Virus record (IMG/VR): IMGVR_UViG_3300016474_000496
Coordinates: 1 to 57,497 of that record
Strand: one strand, 5' to 3'
DNA: 57,497 nt
DNA from: a virus
Lineage: Duplodnaviria > Caudoviricetes
Shown: in pieces, positions 27,197-36,276 of the stretch
How the letters are laid out: each line of letters opens with the position of its first letter
How positions within the stretch are numbered: the stretch's first letter is position 1
Position numbers and translations under genes: made by a program
Notes under the pieces: model-generated
The model's database searches: none
Seen by the model: only the letters and a program-made list of their open reading frames with translations
Told to the model about the DNA's origin: nothing

Positions 27197-27564
27197 GCCG
27201 TGAAGCTATGAAGCTGGCGCTTGAGGCGCTGGTCTTTGCTCAGTACGAAGACGATGACTACGATGACGTGTGCGATCGGAAAGTTCGCGAAGCGCGTGAT
27301 GCCCTGCGCCAAGCACTATCGCAGCCTGAACAAGAGCCCGTAGCGTGGATGCACACAACCGGAACTGGGCATGTGTATTTTAGAAAAAAGCCGCAAGACA
27401 AGGTATTCAACCCGCAGCCTGTGTATGTCGCACCACCAAAGCGCGAATGGGTCGGGTTGACAGAAAAAGAATTGTATGAAGCCACTGGCATTCCAAAAAA
27501 CGCTACTTTGCCAATGCCTATGCTCAAAGGCGTTGAGAAAGCCTTGAAGGAGAAGAACACATGA
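27193..27564 (+). CDS. hypothetical protein, PPKREWVGLT family paralog 1
   Basis: MSREAMKLALEAL, QEPVAWM, PPKREWVGLT, C-terminal LKEKN. Confidence 0.65.
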   Translation: MSREAMKLALEALVFAQYEDDDYDDVCDRKVREARDALRQALSQPEQEPVAWMHTTGTGHVYFRKKPQDKVFNPQPVYVAPPKREWVGLTEKELYEATGIPKNATLPMPMLKGVEKALKEKNT

Positions 27565-27941
27565 GCGAGAACAAGAATGCAAAGACACCTGCAGACGGGC
27601 CAGAATACGAGCGTGGGTTCGTTGAAGGTATGCAGAGACAGATGCAATTGCATGTGAACAGGGTAATTAGGGAGGATCCTACGGCGTGGCTGAAAACTTG
27701 GTCTGATGGGTCTTTGACTGTCCTAAAAACTAAGTCGCATGCTTTTGCTGACCATGAATTAGAACCCCTTTACGCAGCACCACCAAAGCGTGAATGGGTT
27801 GGTCTGACAGCAGATGAAATTTGGCAATGCAACAGAGCGAGTGGCAGTGCTGTGGAGTTTCATATTTGTTACGAACATCAGAACGTATTAGATTTTGCGG
27901 AGTCTCTCGAAGCCAAGCTGCGGGAGAAGAATCATGGATAG
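27561..27941 (+). CDS. hypothetical protein, PPKREWVGLT family paralog 2
   Basis: PPKREWVGLT and C-terminal LREKN; ATGA overlap. Confidence 0.65.
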   Translation: MSENKNAKTPADGPEYERGFVEGMQRQMQLHVNRVIREDPTAWLKTWSDGSLTVLKTKSHAFADHELEPLYAAPPKREWVGLTADEIWQCNRASGSAVEFHICYEHQNVLDFAESLEAKLREKNHG

Positions 27942-28284
27942 AGAAGCTGTTATACGCATGGCGCGGGAGGCCTGTGACCAAGCACCGCGTGAGGATTGGA
28001 ACTCTACTGCTTGGGTGTTTGGTGACGAAACTCTTGAACGCTTCGCTGGCCTTGTTGCTGCTGCCGAGCGAAACAAGCTGGCCGCATGGATGATCGAGCG
28101 CGGCTACGCAACAGGGCACGGCGACACCGTTGAGGACTTGCTGAAAGAGCTTGAGTGGCAAATCGCGGAGCGAGAGCGTGAGGCGTGTGCGAAGGCGTGT
28201 GAGGACATCGACACCGAGTACGAAGGTCAAGATGTATTGGCAACGTGGTGCGCCGCCGCTATACGAGCAAGGGGGCAGACATGA
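27934..28284 (+). CDS. hypothetical protein
   Basis: IRMAREA, LERFAGLVAAAER, EREACAKAC...CAAAIRARG. Confidence 0.65.
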   Translation: MDREAVIRMAREACDQAPREDWNSTAWVFGDETLERFAGLVAAAERNKLAAWMIERGYATGHGDTVEDLLKELEWQIAEREREACAKACEDIDTEYEGQDVLATWCAAAIRARGQT

Positions 28285-28457
28285 AAGTTCGTAAGGTCAG
28301 AGGTGAAGACAGGATAAGCAAGGTCGTCGTGTCGCAAGCGGACATGCTTCACGCCAAGGCGCTAGGCATTGAAATCAAAACCTACATCAAGCGTTACTTA
28401 GAAATGATCGCCAAGAAGCGCCGATGGACGTGGTACTTTGCAAGGGAGAACAGATGA
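28281..28457 (+). CDS. small basic hypothetical protein
   Basis: ATGA overlap; HAKALGIEIKTY suggests a small DNA-binding fold. Confidence 0.5.
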   Translation: MKVRKVRGEDRISKVVVSQADMLHAKALGIEIKTYIKRYLEMIAKKRRWTWYFARENR

Positions 28458-28681
28458 ACACCGCCGATTACGAACGTGCCTTGAGAGACCTTGAGGATAT
28501 CAAACGCACTCTAGCAGCGCTCCGCGCCAACGTTAACATGTTGATGTTTGCCTCCGCAGCAGCTGAAAACGAACAGTGCGCCCGGCTAATCGAACGCATG
28601 GGCACGGACGGTTACGGCACGTTGGCGATTGCGGCTGCGGTGCGGCAGCGTATGTTTGACGGCCCCGGTGCGGTGCATTGA
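28454..28681 (+). CDS. hypothetical protein
   Basis: ATGA overlap; ENEQCARL...AAAVRQR. Confidence 0.55.
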   Translation: MNTADYERALRDLEDIKRTLAALRANVNMLMFASAAAENEQCARLIERMGTDGYGTLAIAAAVRQRMFDGPGAVH

Positions 28682-28711
28682 AAAAGACCCCGCACGCTGG
28701 TTGGGTATGAT

Positions 28712-28740
28712 TTGCCTTCTTTTCAAGAGTTGCGCATAAT
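28712..28740 (+). promoter_or_regulatory. sigma70-like promoter for replication genes
   Basis: TTGCCT-N17-CATAAT, upstream of the helicase. Confidence 0.55.
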
Positions 28741-28774
28741 TAAAAATCGTTCAACCCCATAACAGATAACTACG

Positions 28775-30313
28775 ATGGACTTAAGACCCTATCAGCTCGA
28801 GGCGGTCGAGGCCGCACTCAATGCGCTCAACGCGGGAGGTAACCCGGCGTTGCAGCTCGCCACCGGCACGGGAAAATCCCTCATCATTGCCGAGCTGGCT
28901 CGCCGCCGGCTGCCCGGTCGTACGTGGGTACTCACTCACGTTCAACAGTTAGTGAGGCAAAATGCCGCCACCTACGCTCGGCATACGGGCGCGGAGCCGG
29001 GCATCGTCTGCACCGGCCTCAAGCGCCGCGACTATGACGCGCCCGTAGTCTACGGCACGATTCAGACCGTCATCAGCGCCGCAAAGCGTATGCCCTCGCC
29101 CGAGCTCATCATCATTGACGAAGCGCACCGCGTTCCGCACAATCACGGCGAGCCCACGCAGTATGAGCGTCTGCTTAGCGGGCAACCCCACGCACAACGC
29201 ATCGCTATGACCGCCACTCCATGGCGCATGGACAACGGGGTGATTTACGGCGAGGGAGAAAAGTTCTGGTTCGATCGGCTGGCGTATTCTTATAACGTCC
29301 CACGCGCTGTGCGGGAAGGTTACCTCTGCCCGCTCGTGGGGGTTGAGACCGCCGTGCAGCTCGACGTGTCGGGAGTGCGTAAAGCCGAGGGCGACTACGC
29401 GCAATCCGAAGTGGCGTCGCTCGAGACTCAAGAGTGGCTTATGAGCGTAGCCCGGTCGATTGCGGAGCTAGCCGTGCGCCGGCGTTACGTAGCCGTTTAC
29501 TGCCCGACGGTGGCCGCCGCAGACCGAGCCGCGCTCGTGATTGGCGCTATGACCGGCTGGACAACCGAAGTGCTGACTAGCGCCCTGCCCGAAGACGAGC
29601 GGCAAGCCGTGTTGGGCCGGTTCATGCGCGGTGAGACGCGAGTTCTGTGCTCAGTTGATATGCTCACAACCGGGTTTGACCACCCGGCACTGGACTGCAT
29701 CGTGTGCTTGCGGCCCACGTTGTCCTCGTCGTTGTGGGTTCAGATGCAAGGCCGAGGCACCCGGCTACACGACAGTAAGCGTAACTGCCTCATCTTAGAC
29801 TACGTCGGCAACCTCATCCGGCTGGGCGGCGTTGATATGATGGAGACGTATTACCGCGAGAAAGGCGACGCCGATCAGCTTCAACAAGTCCCCGCCGAGC
29901 CGCGAGAACGCCGCGAGAGGGAAATGCGCCCTGGGTTGATGAACCTTACCCCTATCGACCCGATGACCGGCCAAGAGGCGCAAGACGGCGCAGTGTTGAC
30001 GGCGCAAGTGCATACCGTCAACAGCGTAGCGATTACAACGCGGCGCGACCCCGCAACCCCGGTGCTGATGGTCAACTACAACTGCACCACCCCCGAGGGT
30101 GCACGCCTTCAGGCGTCGCAGTTCATCAACCCGGCGCGGCCTGATCAGCGGGCGGTAAAGTTCTTCAATCAGCGGGCGCTGGCGGTGCGGTTACCCTCGC
30201 CGGCAAAAGCTGTACTGTGGCAGTTGCGCAATGCGTCGCGACAGCCGCAAGAAATCCGTATCATAAAACGTGGGCGTTACTGGAACGTTCTGGAGGAGAG
30301 ATTCGTTGCGTAG
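28775..30313 (+). CDS. superfamily 2 DEAH helicase (RadD/YejH-like)
   Basis: LRPYQ, ATGTGKS, IIIDEAH, MTATP, LTTGFDHP, QMQGRGTR. Confidence 0.92.
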   Translation: MDLRPYQLEAVEAALNALNAGGNPALQLATGTGKSLIIAELARRRLPGRTWVLTHVQQLVRQNAATYARHTGAEPGIVCTGLKRRDYDAPVVYGTIQTVISAAKRMPSPELIIIDEAHRVPHNHGEPTQYERLLSGQPHAQRIAMTATPWRMDNGVIYGEGEKFWFDRLAYSYNVPRAVREGYLCPLVGVETAVQLDVSGVRKAEGDYAQSEVASLETQEWLMSVARSIAELAVRRRYVAVYCPTVAAADRAALVIGAMTGWTTEVLTSALPEDERQAVLGRFMRGETRVLCSVDMLTTGFDHPALDCIVCLRPTLSSSLWVQMQGRGTRLHDSKRNCLILDYVGNLIRLGGVDMMETYYREKGDADQLQQVPAEPRERREREMRPGLMNLTPIDPMTGQEAQDGAVLTAQVHTVNSVAITTRRDPATPVLMVNYNCTTPEGARLQASQFINPARPDQRAVKFFNQRALAVRLPSPAKAVLWQLRNASRQPQEIRIIKRGRYWNVLEERFVA

Positions 30314-32465
30314 CAAGAAAGATAAACAACTCTGGGCCGTTGACCGCGCCCCCACCACGCTCGACTACGCGTTGGCCTATGCCCGACTCGGGTGGGCGGT
30401 GCTGCCGGTGTGGTCGGTGGACGCCCATGGGCAGTGCCGGTGCGGTCGCGCCAACAACGAGCAGGGGCACAAAGCCGGCAAGCACCCTCAGTCTCAACTG
30501 GTTCCGCATGGGCATCAAGACGCCACAACCGACGCCGAGCGCATCCGTTCGTGGTGGTCAACCGACCCGGACGCGGGCATCGGCGTGAGCTTGGCCGACT
30601 CGGGATTGCTCGCGCTCGACATCGACCCGCAAAATGGCGGCGCTGAGAGCCTTGCGGCGCTCGAGGCCGAACACGGTGTTCTGCACTCAGACCTTACGGC
30701 GGTTACGCAGGGCGGCGGTGAGCATCGGATTTTCAACGCCGACCCCGAAATGAGTTACCCCGGCTCGCTCGGTAAAGGGCTTGACCTCAAACATAACGGC
30801 TACATCTGCGTAGCCCCAACCCTTGGGCCGTCAGGCGAATACCGCTGGGCCGAAGGGCGATCCCCGCTGAGCCGCACCGCGCCCGCCGAGCCTTCCCCGT
30901 TGCCGGGGTTGATTGCGGCTCGGGCACGCTCGCCCGTTTCATATAATTTGACCGAGCGCGGCGGAGTTCCCGTAGCCACGGCGCAAACATTTGATGACTT
31001 GCGATCCGCGCTCAAACACGTCGACGCCGACGACTACACAACGTGGGTCAACGTGGGCATGGCGCTCAAACCGTATGGCGAGAACGGTTACAAAATCTGG
31101 ACTGAGTGGTCGGCGCAAAGCGAAAAGTTCAACGCCGCCGCGCAGCGCAAAAAGTGGGAGCGCGACCTGACCAACCCGCATAGCATTACGTACCGTTCGA
31201 TTTTCCGTCTAGCGATTGACGCCGGCTGGCCGGGCAACAACGCATCCGCCGTTGCCGGTCCCGGGGAAAAAGCCGCACACCCATTTGCGCTGAGTCGCGC
31301 AGTGTTTACGGGTGCGGATCGGGTAGCAATTTTCGAGTACATCTTCGACGACTTCATGAGCATCGGCGTTAACGTTGTGGCGGGAGCGCCCGGCGTCGGC
31401 AAGACCACGCTCGTGATACCGTTGGCATTGGCGGCTGCGCATCTTTGCCCGACTGATTATTTGATGCGCCCCACGGTGCGCCGCAACGTCATCATAATCA
31501 CTGAGTCGGTCGAGCAGGTTCAACGCACCATTTACTCGCTGTACAGCTGGGGGTTCACCGGTGCAAGCACCGCCGACTTTGAGGCTCGGGTGCGGGTGCT
31601 CGCCGCCCAACGCCTCGACCCCAAAGCAGTCGGGGCCGTGGCCGACGAGTATCGCGCATGGACCGTGAGTAACGCCCGCACCGACGACCCCGACACCTTT
31701 TACGAGGCGTTGCCGCTGGTGGTGTTTGACACGGCCAACGCCGTATTTGACCTTGAGTCTGAAAACGACAACGCCGAAGTTGGTCGCGCAATGGCCGCGA
31801 TTAAGCAAGCGTTTTCCGCGTTTCCAATCATCATCGTCAGCCATACCGCAAAAATCTTAGGCTCGCAAGAAGCCTCAAACCTCGGCCCGCGTGGCGCATC
31901 GGCTTGGACCGGAGATGCGCAGGGGGTTTATGCCGTGTTCAAAGACGGCGAAGACGCCGACGCGCCTCGGGTTCTCAAAGCCGTAAAAGTTCGGTTCCCG
32001 GCAGCTTACCCTGAGTTAGTGTTCGAGCTCGTCAGCAACCGCGAGCGCCACCCGGACGTGCTGGGCACTCCGCGTGACATATGGTTCGCACACGCCGTGG
32101 CTCGACCGCTGAAGGCCGGCGAACGCACCGCGTTAAAAACGCAAGTCAAAGAGGAGCGTGAACGCACCGCGCTGAACGCCCTAACACACCAGCTGATACG
32201 GCTCATTCGCGACAACCCCAACCGCGCTCGCAGCTACTTTGAGCGGCTAGCCACAGCCGAAGGCGGCCTGAAGTGTTCGCAAGAACGGCGTGAGCGGCTG
32301 ATGAACTCCCTGCTTGCAGACGGCCTCGTCGAACGCATTGAGCTCGAGAAACCGCAAGGTCGCGCCAATCACTATGTGCGTGTCAACGAAGAGTTAGTCG
32401 CGCAACATTACCCCACCGAGCCCGGCTCGTTACGTGTTTTTAACCCTGACGATGGAGAACTTTAG
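30306..32465 (+). CDS. bifunctional primase-polymerase with PriCT-2 and RepA-like (AAA_25) helicase domains
   Basis: ALAYARLGWAVLPV, CRC...GKHP, LALDID, TQGGGEH; YTTWVNVGMAL..W.EWS; GAPGVGKT, VVFDT, IVSHTAK, RGASAW. TTG start after GGAGGAG. Confidence 0.88.
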   Translation: MRSKKDKQLWAVDRAPTTLDYALAYARLGWAVLPVWSVDAHGQCRCGRANNEQGHKAGKHPQSQLVPHGHQDATTDAERIRSWWSTDPDAGIGVSLADSGLLALDIDPQNGGAESLAALEAEHGVLHSDLTAVTQGGGEHRIFNADPEMSYPGSLGKGLDLKHNGYICVAPTLGPSGEYRWAEGRSPLSRTAPAEPSPLPGLIAARARSPVSYNLTERGGVPVATAQTFDDLRSALKHVDADDYTTWVNVGMALKPYGENGYKIWTEWSAQSEKFNAAAQRKKWERDLTNPHSITYRSIFRLAIDAGWPGNNASAVAGPGEKAAHPFALSRAVFTGADRVAIFEYIFDDFMSIGVNVVAGAPGVGKTTLVIPLALAAAHLCPTDYLMRPTVRRNVIIITESVEQVQRTIYSLYSWGFTGASTADFEARVRVLAAQRLDPKAVGAVADEYRAWTVSNARTDDPDTFYEALPLVVFDTANAVFDLESENDNAEVGRAMAAIKQAFSAFPIIIVSHTAKILGSQEASNLGPRGASAWTGDAQGVYAVFKDGEDADAPRVLKAVKVRFPAAYPELVFELVSNRERHPDVLGTPRDIWFAHAVARPLKAGERTALKTQVKEERERTALNALTHQLIRLIRDNPNRARSYFERLATAEGGLKCSQERRERLMNSLLADGLVERIELEKPQGRANHYVRVNEELVAQHYPTEPGSLRVFNPDDGEL

Positions 32466-32466
32466 A

Positions 32467-32676
32467 ATGGAAAACCCCACCCCCTTAGAAAAACCAACCG
32501 CCCCGCTATGGCTTGAAGAGTTCAACCGCCAGATCAAACCCGGTAACTGGTGCATACCCGTGGAAGACGTTTGGCGTAAATACGGTTGGGTTCCGCCTTC
32601 GAGAGAGTGCCCCGCCACGATGCGCAAGCACGAAACCTACCGTCGTTGGATACCCGTTGAGCACCCCCAGCCATGA
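32467..32676 (+). CDS. hypothetical protein
   Basis: DVWRKYGWVPPS motif; GGAG upstream. Confidence 0.55.
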   Translation: MENPTPLEKPTAPLWLEEFNRQIKPGNWCIPVEDVWRKYGWVPPSRECPATMRKHETYRRWIPVEHPQP

Positions 32677-33026
32677 GCCACCCCGCACTTCCCCCGCTGA
32701 AGCTCAACCCCCGGCAGCGTGAGCTGCTGAACTACCTGAAGAACCGCAGCACGCCGGCTTCAACCGTCCTGCTAGCGCAACGGTTTAAGGTTACTACGGC
32801 GTGCATCACGGGCAACCTGCGCCCGCTGCTGATGGCCGGCGAAGTTGAGCGAACCTTCAAACTTGAGCAGACCTCCATAGCGGGCAAGGTCTCAAAGCTC
32901 GGCTACTACAAAGCCACTAAGCCTATTCCGTCAAAGAAGCCGCGCCCTAAGACGTCACCCTCAATGTTTAACGACCCGTTCAACCTTGGGAGCGGCAGGG
33001 AGCGAATCGATACCCAACCAGATTGA
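32673..33026 (+). CDS. winged-HTH DNA-binding protein
   Basis: LNPRQRELLNYL...STVLLAQRFKVTTACITGNLRPLLMAGEVER. Confidence 0.6.
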   Translation: MSHPALPPLKLNPRQRELLNYLKNRSTPASTVLLAQRFKVTTACITGNLRPLLMAGEVERTFKLEQTSIAGKVSKLGYYKATKPIPSKKPRPKTSPSMFNDPFNLGSGRERIDTQPD

Positions 33027-33037
33027 AGGGTTATCAC

Positions 33038-33067
33038 TTGTCAAACAATGATGGAATAAGGTTTAAT
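33038..33067 (+). promoter_or_regulatory. sigma70-like promoter
   Basis: TTGTCA-N18-TTTAAT in an AT-rich intergenic gap. Confidence 0.5.
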
Positions 33068-33112
33068 TCAAACCGTTGTACTTCATAACTGCGATAACTT
33101 AGGAGAACTGAA

Positions 33113-33445
33113 ATGCTAAACGACCTCAAACTCACTAGTGTTGATCAGCTCGGCGCGTTGCTCGCTGAGATCAAAACCCTCGAGGCTCGTGCCGAGGAAA
33201 TCAAGACAAAAATCAAAGAGTCCGCCAGTGCCGGTGGCCCACGTGTTGTTGAAGGTGCGCTGTTCAAGGCAATTTACAGCGAGTCGAATCGCGCAACGGT
33301 TGACTACAAATCTATCGTAACGGTGCTCGCTGACCTTATCCAGCAGCAGAACCCTCAGGTCGACATCAAAAGCGTCATCAACAATCTTGTCGCCGAGAAC
33401 ACCAAGGTTTCCGCCGTATTTGCCGTAAAAGTAACTTCAAGGTAA
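33113..33445 (+). CDS. hypothetical protein
   Basis: RBS AGGAG; VDQLGALLAEIKTL coiled coil, VEGALFKA. Confidence 0.7.
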   Translation: MLNDLKLTSVDQLGALLAEIKTLEARAEEIKTKIKESASAGGPRVVEGALFKAIYSESNRATVDYKSIVTVLADLIQQQNPQVDIKSVINNLVAENTKVSAVFAVKVTSR

Positions 33446-33455
33446 GATTCATTCC

Positions 33456-33474
33456 AGGGGGTCAACCGCCCCCT
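33456..33474 (+). promoter_or_regulatory. G5/C5 hairpin upstream of an RBS
   Basis: AGGGGG-TCAACCG-CCCCCT followed by CAA; no U-tract. Confidence 0.45.
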
Positions 33475-33506
33475 CAATCTAACTCAACAACTCAAAGGAA
33501 CTCAAA

Positions 33507-33692
33507 ATGAAAGTACAACTCAATCAACTTGTTAAAGTAATTGAAGTGCTAAGCAAGATCGAAAAAGCAAGCATGAAAACGTTTCAAGACCCGCAGTACG
33601 TCGGAGCGTTGCAAGCTGAAGCTTGGTTAGCGATGTGGCCTCTGAAGCACGCAATCGAAGACGCTCAACTTGAAGTCACCGTCGAGGAGTAA
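33507..33692 (+). CDS. hypothetical protein
   Basis: RBS AAAGGA; 61 aa. Confidence 0.6.
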   Translation: MKVQLNQLVKVIEVLSKIEKASMKTFQDPQYVGALQAEAWLAMWPLKHAIEDAQLEVTVEE

Positions 33693-33697
33693 GTCTG

Positions 33698-33967
33698 ATG
33701 GAACCCTTTCGCCTTACATTCGAGCACGTCATTGGCGGCGTGCCCTGCTTAATCGGTGTGCTGTCCTTCGAGAGCGTGCCCGGCACGTTCAGCCGCAACG
33801 CCGCCAGCGACCTTGACTATTACGGCTGGTTTGACTGCGAGTGGCATGTGCTTGACGAAGACGGTCAACTGTCACCTGAACTGGCCGCCAAAGCCACCTG
33901 GGCCGAAGATCAAGCCATCCGCGAAAAAGTCCAAGACCTTTTGAGCAAGGAGTTCCGCCGTGCTTAA
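33698..33967 (+). CDS. hypothetical acidic protein
   Basis: GVPCLIGV...AASDLDYYGW...EWHVLD; RBS GAGGAG. Confidence 0.6.
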   Translation: MEPFRLTFEHVIGGVPCLIGVLSFESVPGTFSRNAASDLDYYGWFDCEWHVLDEDGQLSPELAAKATWAEDQAIREKVQDLLSKEFRRA

Positions 33968-34151
33968 AATTCTAACTCAACACATTATGCCGCCGGTTCC
34001 AGTGCGTTTCTTTGACTGGACAGCCTTTAGTCCTGATTACGAGCCCGGCGACCCGGTAGGTTACGGCACTACGCAGCAAGAAGCTGTCGAAGAATATCTC
34101 TCAGCCATTGACGCTCCGCTCGATGTTGAGTACGTTGTTGAGAGAGTTTGA
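33960..34151 (+). CDS. hypothetical protein
   Basis: FDWTA...DYEPGDPVGYGTTQQEAV; GTG start after AAGGAG. Confidence 0.6.
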   Translation: MLKILTQHIMPPVPVRFFDWTAFSPDYEPGDPVGYGTTQQEAVEEYLSAIDAPLDVEYVVERV

Positions 34152-34152
34152 A

Positions 34153-34374
34153 ATGCGCCATCATCAGGTTGGAGACCGCGTCATGACACCCTCAGGCGTA
34201 GGAGTGTTGGAGGCCGTTCACGCAGACGGCGGATGCTCGGTACGGCTCATCGGCCAGCAGCCCGCCAACTGGCCGTTCCCGAAGTGGGTGATACTGCCGC
34301 TGTCGCAAGTGAAAGCTGCCCGCACCCCGAAACCACCGCCGAGCATTGAAGAGTTTGAAGAAGCACCGTTTTGA
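34153..34374 (+). CDS. hypothetical protein (KOW/SH3-like start)
   Basis: VGDRVMTPSGVGV; C-terminal EEAPF. Confidence 0.55.
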   Translation: MRHHQVGDRVMTPSGVGVLEAVHADGGCSVRLIGQQPANWPFPKWVILPLSQVKAARTPKPPPSIEEFEEAPF

Positions 34375-34395
34375 ACATACAGGAGATTACTCAAA

Positions 34396-34911
34396 ATGAC
34401 TAACATCGACCCCCATCAAACCGAAACCAGCAAGTCACTTTACGCTTGGCTAGAGACCGCCTCAATTGAGCAGCTCATTGAGTTCCACAACAAGTACGCT
34501 GAGCGCCGTGTTCGGGCGTTCTCTGACCGTCAAATGGCAGTTGACCGCTGTCGCGAGCTGTGGGATAAGCTTCAGGTTTCTTTTGCGGGCAAAGTCATCA
34601 ACACTAAAGAGCGTTCCGCAACCGGCAGCGGTAAGCGCCCCGCCATGAGCGAGTCGCTTCGGCTGCCTGATCGGCGCGTACGCTGCATCGAGACCGGTGA
34701 GGTTTGGGCCAACGCTTTGAAACTTCGCCGTGATCGTCCCGACTGGATGACCAGCGGTCAGCAGGATCGTCTTACGCGCCAGTTGTACAACGCCGCAAAA
34801 GCCGGTCAGCGGGCGGTGGTTGAGATCAACGGACGCTCGTTTGAGCTCGTCAATTCGTTCCTGACCTATGAGCATCAGAAAGCTGCCGCAGCAAAAGGAG
34901 TCTCAAAATGA
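34396..34911 (+). CDS. hypothetical protein, possible DNA-binding C-terminal domain
   Basis: RBS AGGAG; RVRAFSDRQMA; RVRCIETGEVW resembles NUMOD1-type starts. Confidence 0.55.
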   Translation: MTNIDPHQTETSKSLYAWLETASIEQLIEFHNKYAERRVRAFSDRQMAVDRCRELWDKLQVSFAGKVINTKERSATGSGKRPAMSESLRLPDRRVRCIETGEVWANALKLRRDRPDWMTSGQQDRLTRQLYNAAKAGQRAVVEINGRSFELVNSFLTYEHQKAAAAKGVSK

Positions 34912-35063
34912 GAAACCGTAACCGAAGTGTGTTTGATAGCGGGGGGTTCTTCTTCCTTTGGGTACTGAGCTGGGTAGCGCTCATCGCGGCGGGTACGGTC
35001 TTAGCGGGGGTGTTCTGCCGCGTCATGAGCTCGTTATTTAACTTTGGGTGGAACCTTCTATGA
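34908..35063 (+). CDS. small membrane protein (51 aa)
   Basis: Hand-translated MRNRNRSVFDSGGFFFLWVLSWVALIAAGTVLAGVFCRVMSSLFNFGWNLL; RBS AAGGAG; ATGA overlaps at both ends. Confidence 0.6.
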   Translation: MRNRNRSVFDSGGFFFLWVLSWVALIAAGTVLAGVFCRVMSSLFNFGWNLL

Positions 35064-35260
35064 ACGATCACTGGTGGTGGGATCAGGTTCGTAAAAATGG
35101 CGGGTTCGCCCGCGACATGTCGGTGCGCGAAGTTGTTGCGATGTTCTTCATGTTGCAGTATGCTGCTAACGACGAAACGTCGCTGCAGGAAGACGCGTCT
35201 AATGCGTTCTTGGCGGCCGATATCTTCATCAAAGAAGGTGCTCGAAATGCTAACGACTGA
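35060..35260 (+). CDS. hypothetical protein
   Basis: DMSVREVVAMFFM...AFLAADIFIKEG; ATGA overlap. Confidence 0.55.
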   Translation: MNDHWWWDQVRKNGGFARDMSVREVVAMFFMLQYAANDETSLQEDASNAFLAADIFIKEGARNAND

Positions 35261-36254
35261 TTATCGGCTGCGGGAAAACCGCCGCGAATATTTCGATAAG
35301 CTCTACGGCTTGAACTTGACCTACGGCGTGATGCCGGGGCTGGTGTACCTTTATATGCCGGAGCTGGCGCGGCGTTATGACTGGGATGCCGAGCAGCGCC
35401 TTTGGTTCGCGTTCTTGAACGGCTTGACTCAAAACCCTATCACTTCGATGAGTCTCGCGAAGCGCCTTCCGTCGGTGCCGCCGCCCGGCGCAACATTGAG
35501 CGGTTTCTCGGAATGGTTCGGAACTGAGTGGGATCGGCTTCAGTTCGACACCGATCGCCGATATCAAAAAGCGCACACCGTTGAGGCTATCCGTACCTAC
35601 GCCAATCTTGTAGCCGAGCACGGCACGCAAGCCGCCATGCTTAGTGGGAAAACTTACGCCGAGTTGTGGGCGTTGGTTCGGGGGCAGTATCATTCGTTCG
35701 GGCGGTTGTCATCGTTCTCTTACCTCGAGTACGTTTACCTGAATGGGTTTGGCGCTGACTGTGATAACTTGCTTTTCAACGACAAGTCGGGCAGCCGCTC
35801 TCACCGCAACGGTATGTTGTTCTTAACGGGCAACGACCAGTTAGTCTGGGACAAGCGGGCGGGCAACGACTTTGACGGCAGTTATTTCAATTTTGAAGGC
35901 ATGTGTACCTGGTTGAGCCGAGAAGCCGACAACATTCTTTTTGACTTTTCTGAGCAGAACCACGACACCCCCAACGTAAGCAACTTTACACTTGAGAGCA
36001 ATCTGTGCACGTTCAAGAATCACTTCTTCGGGCGGCGTTACCCCGGCGTTTACGCCGACATGGCGTGGGAGCGCATCGAGTGGGCGGACGCTCGGGGCTT
36101 GAGCGAAGTCACGGCGGTGTTCAAAGACATGCGCAGTCTGGACCTGCCTGAGTGGTTGCGCGCCGAGTGTGAGCCGCAACAGTTGTCTTTGAAAGAAAAA
36201 GCGCGTATATTTCCAACTACGGGTCAGCCGTATCGTGCTGAACACTTTTTATAA
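35247..36254 (+). CDS. amino acid:DNA transferase-like protein (aGPT-Pplase2/ADDT family, HhH-glycosylase fold)
   Basis: DYRLRENRREYF, EQRLWFAFLNG, FDTDRRY, FGRLSSFSYLEY, SHRNG, LESNLCTFK, RRYPGVYAD; adjacent to a kinase and a dUMP hydroxymethylase. Confidence 0.75.
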   Translation: MLTTDYRLRENRREYFDKLYGLNLTYGVMPGLVYLYMPELARRYDWDAEQRLWFAFLNGLTQNPITSMSLAKRLPSVPPPGATLSGFSEWFGTEWDRLQFDTDRRYQKAHTVEAIRTYANLVAEHGTQAAMLSGKTYAELWALVRGQYHSFGRLSSFSYLEYVYLNGFGADCDNLLFNDKSGSRSHRNGMLFLTGNDQLVWDKRAGNDFDGSYFNFEGMCTWLSREADNILFDFSEQNHDTPNVSNFTLESNLCTFKNHFFGRRYPGVYADMAWERIEWADARGLSEVTAVFKDMRSLDLPEWLRAECEPQQLSLKEKARIFPTTGQPYRAEHFL

Positions 36255-36276
36255 CGAAACAACTGGAAAAACTCAA

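Noticed and set aside
35097-35246. Upstream extension of the transferase ORF given in the track
   Set aside because: Overlaps the 35060-35260 gene; ATG 35247 has an RBS-like GAAGG and starts at the conserved DYRL motif.
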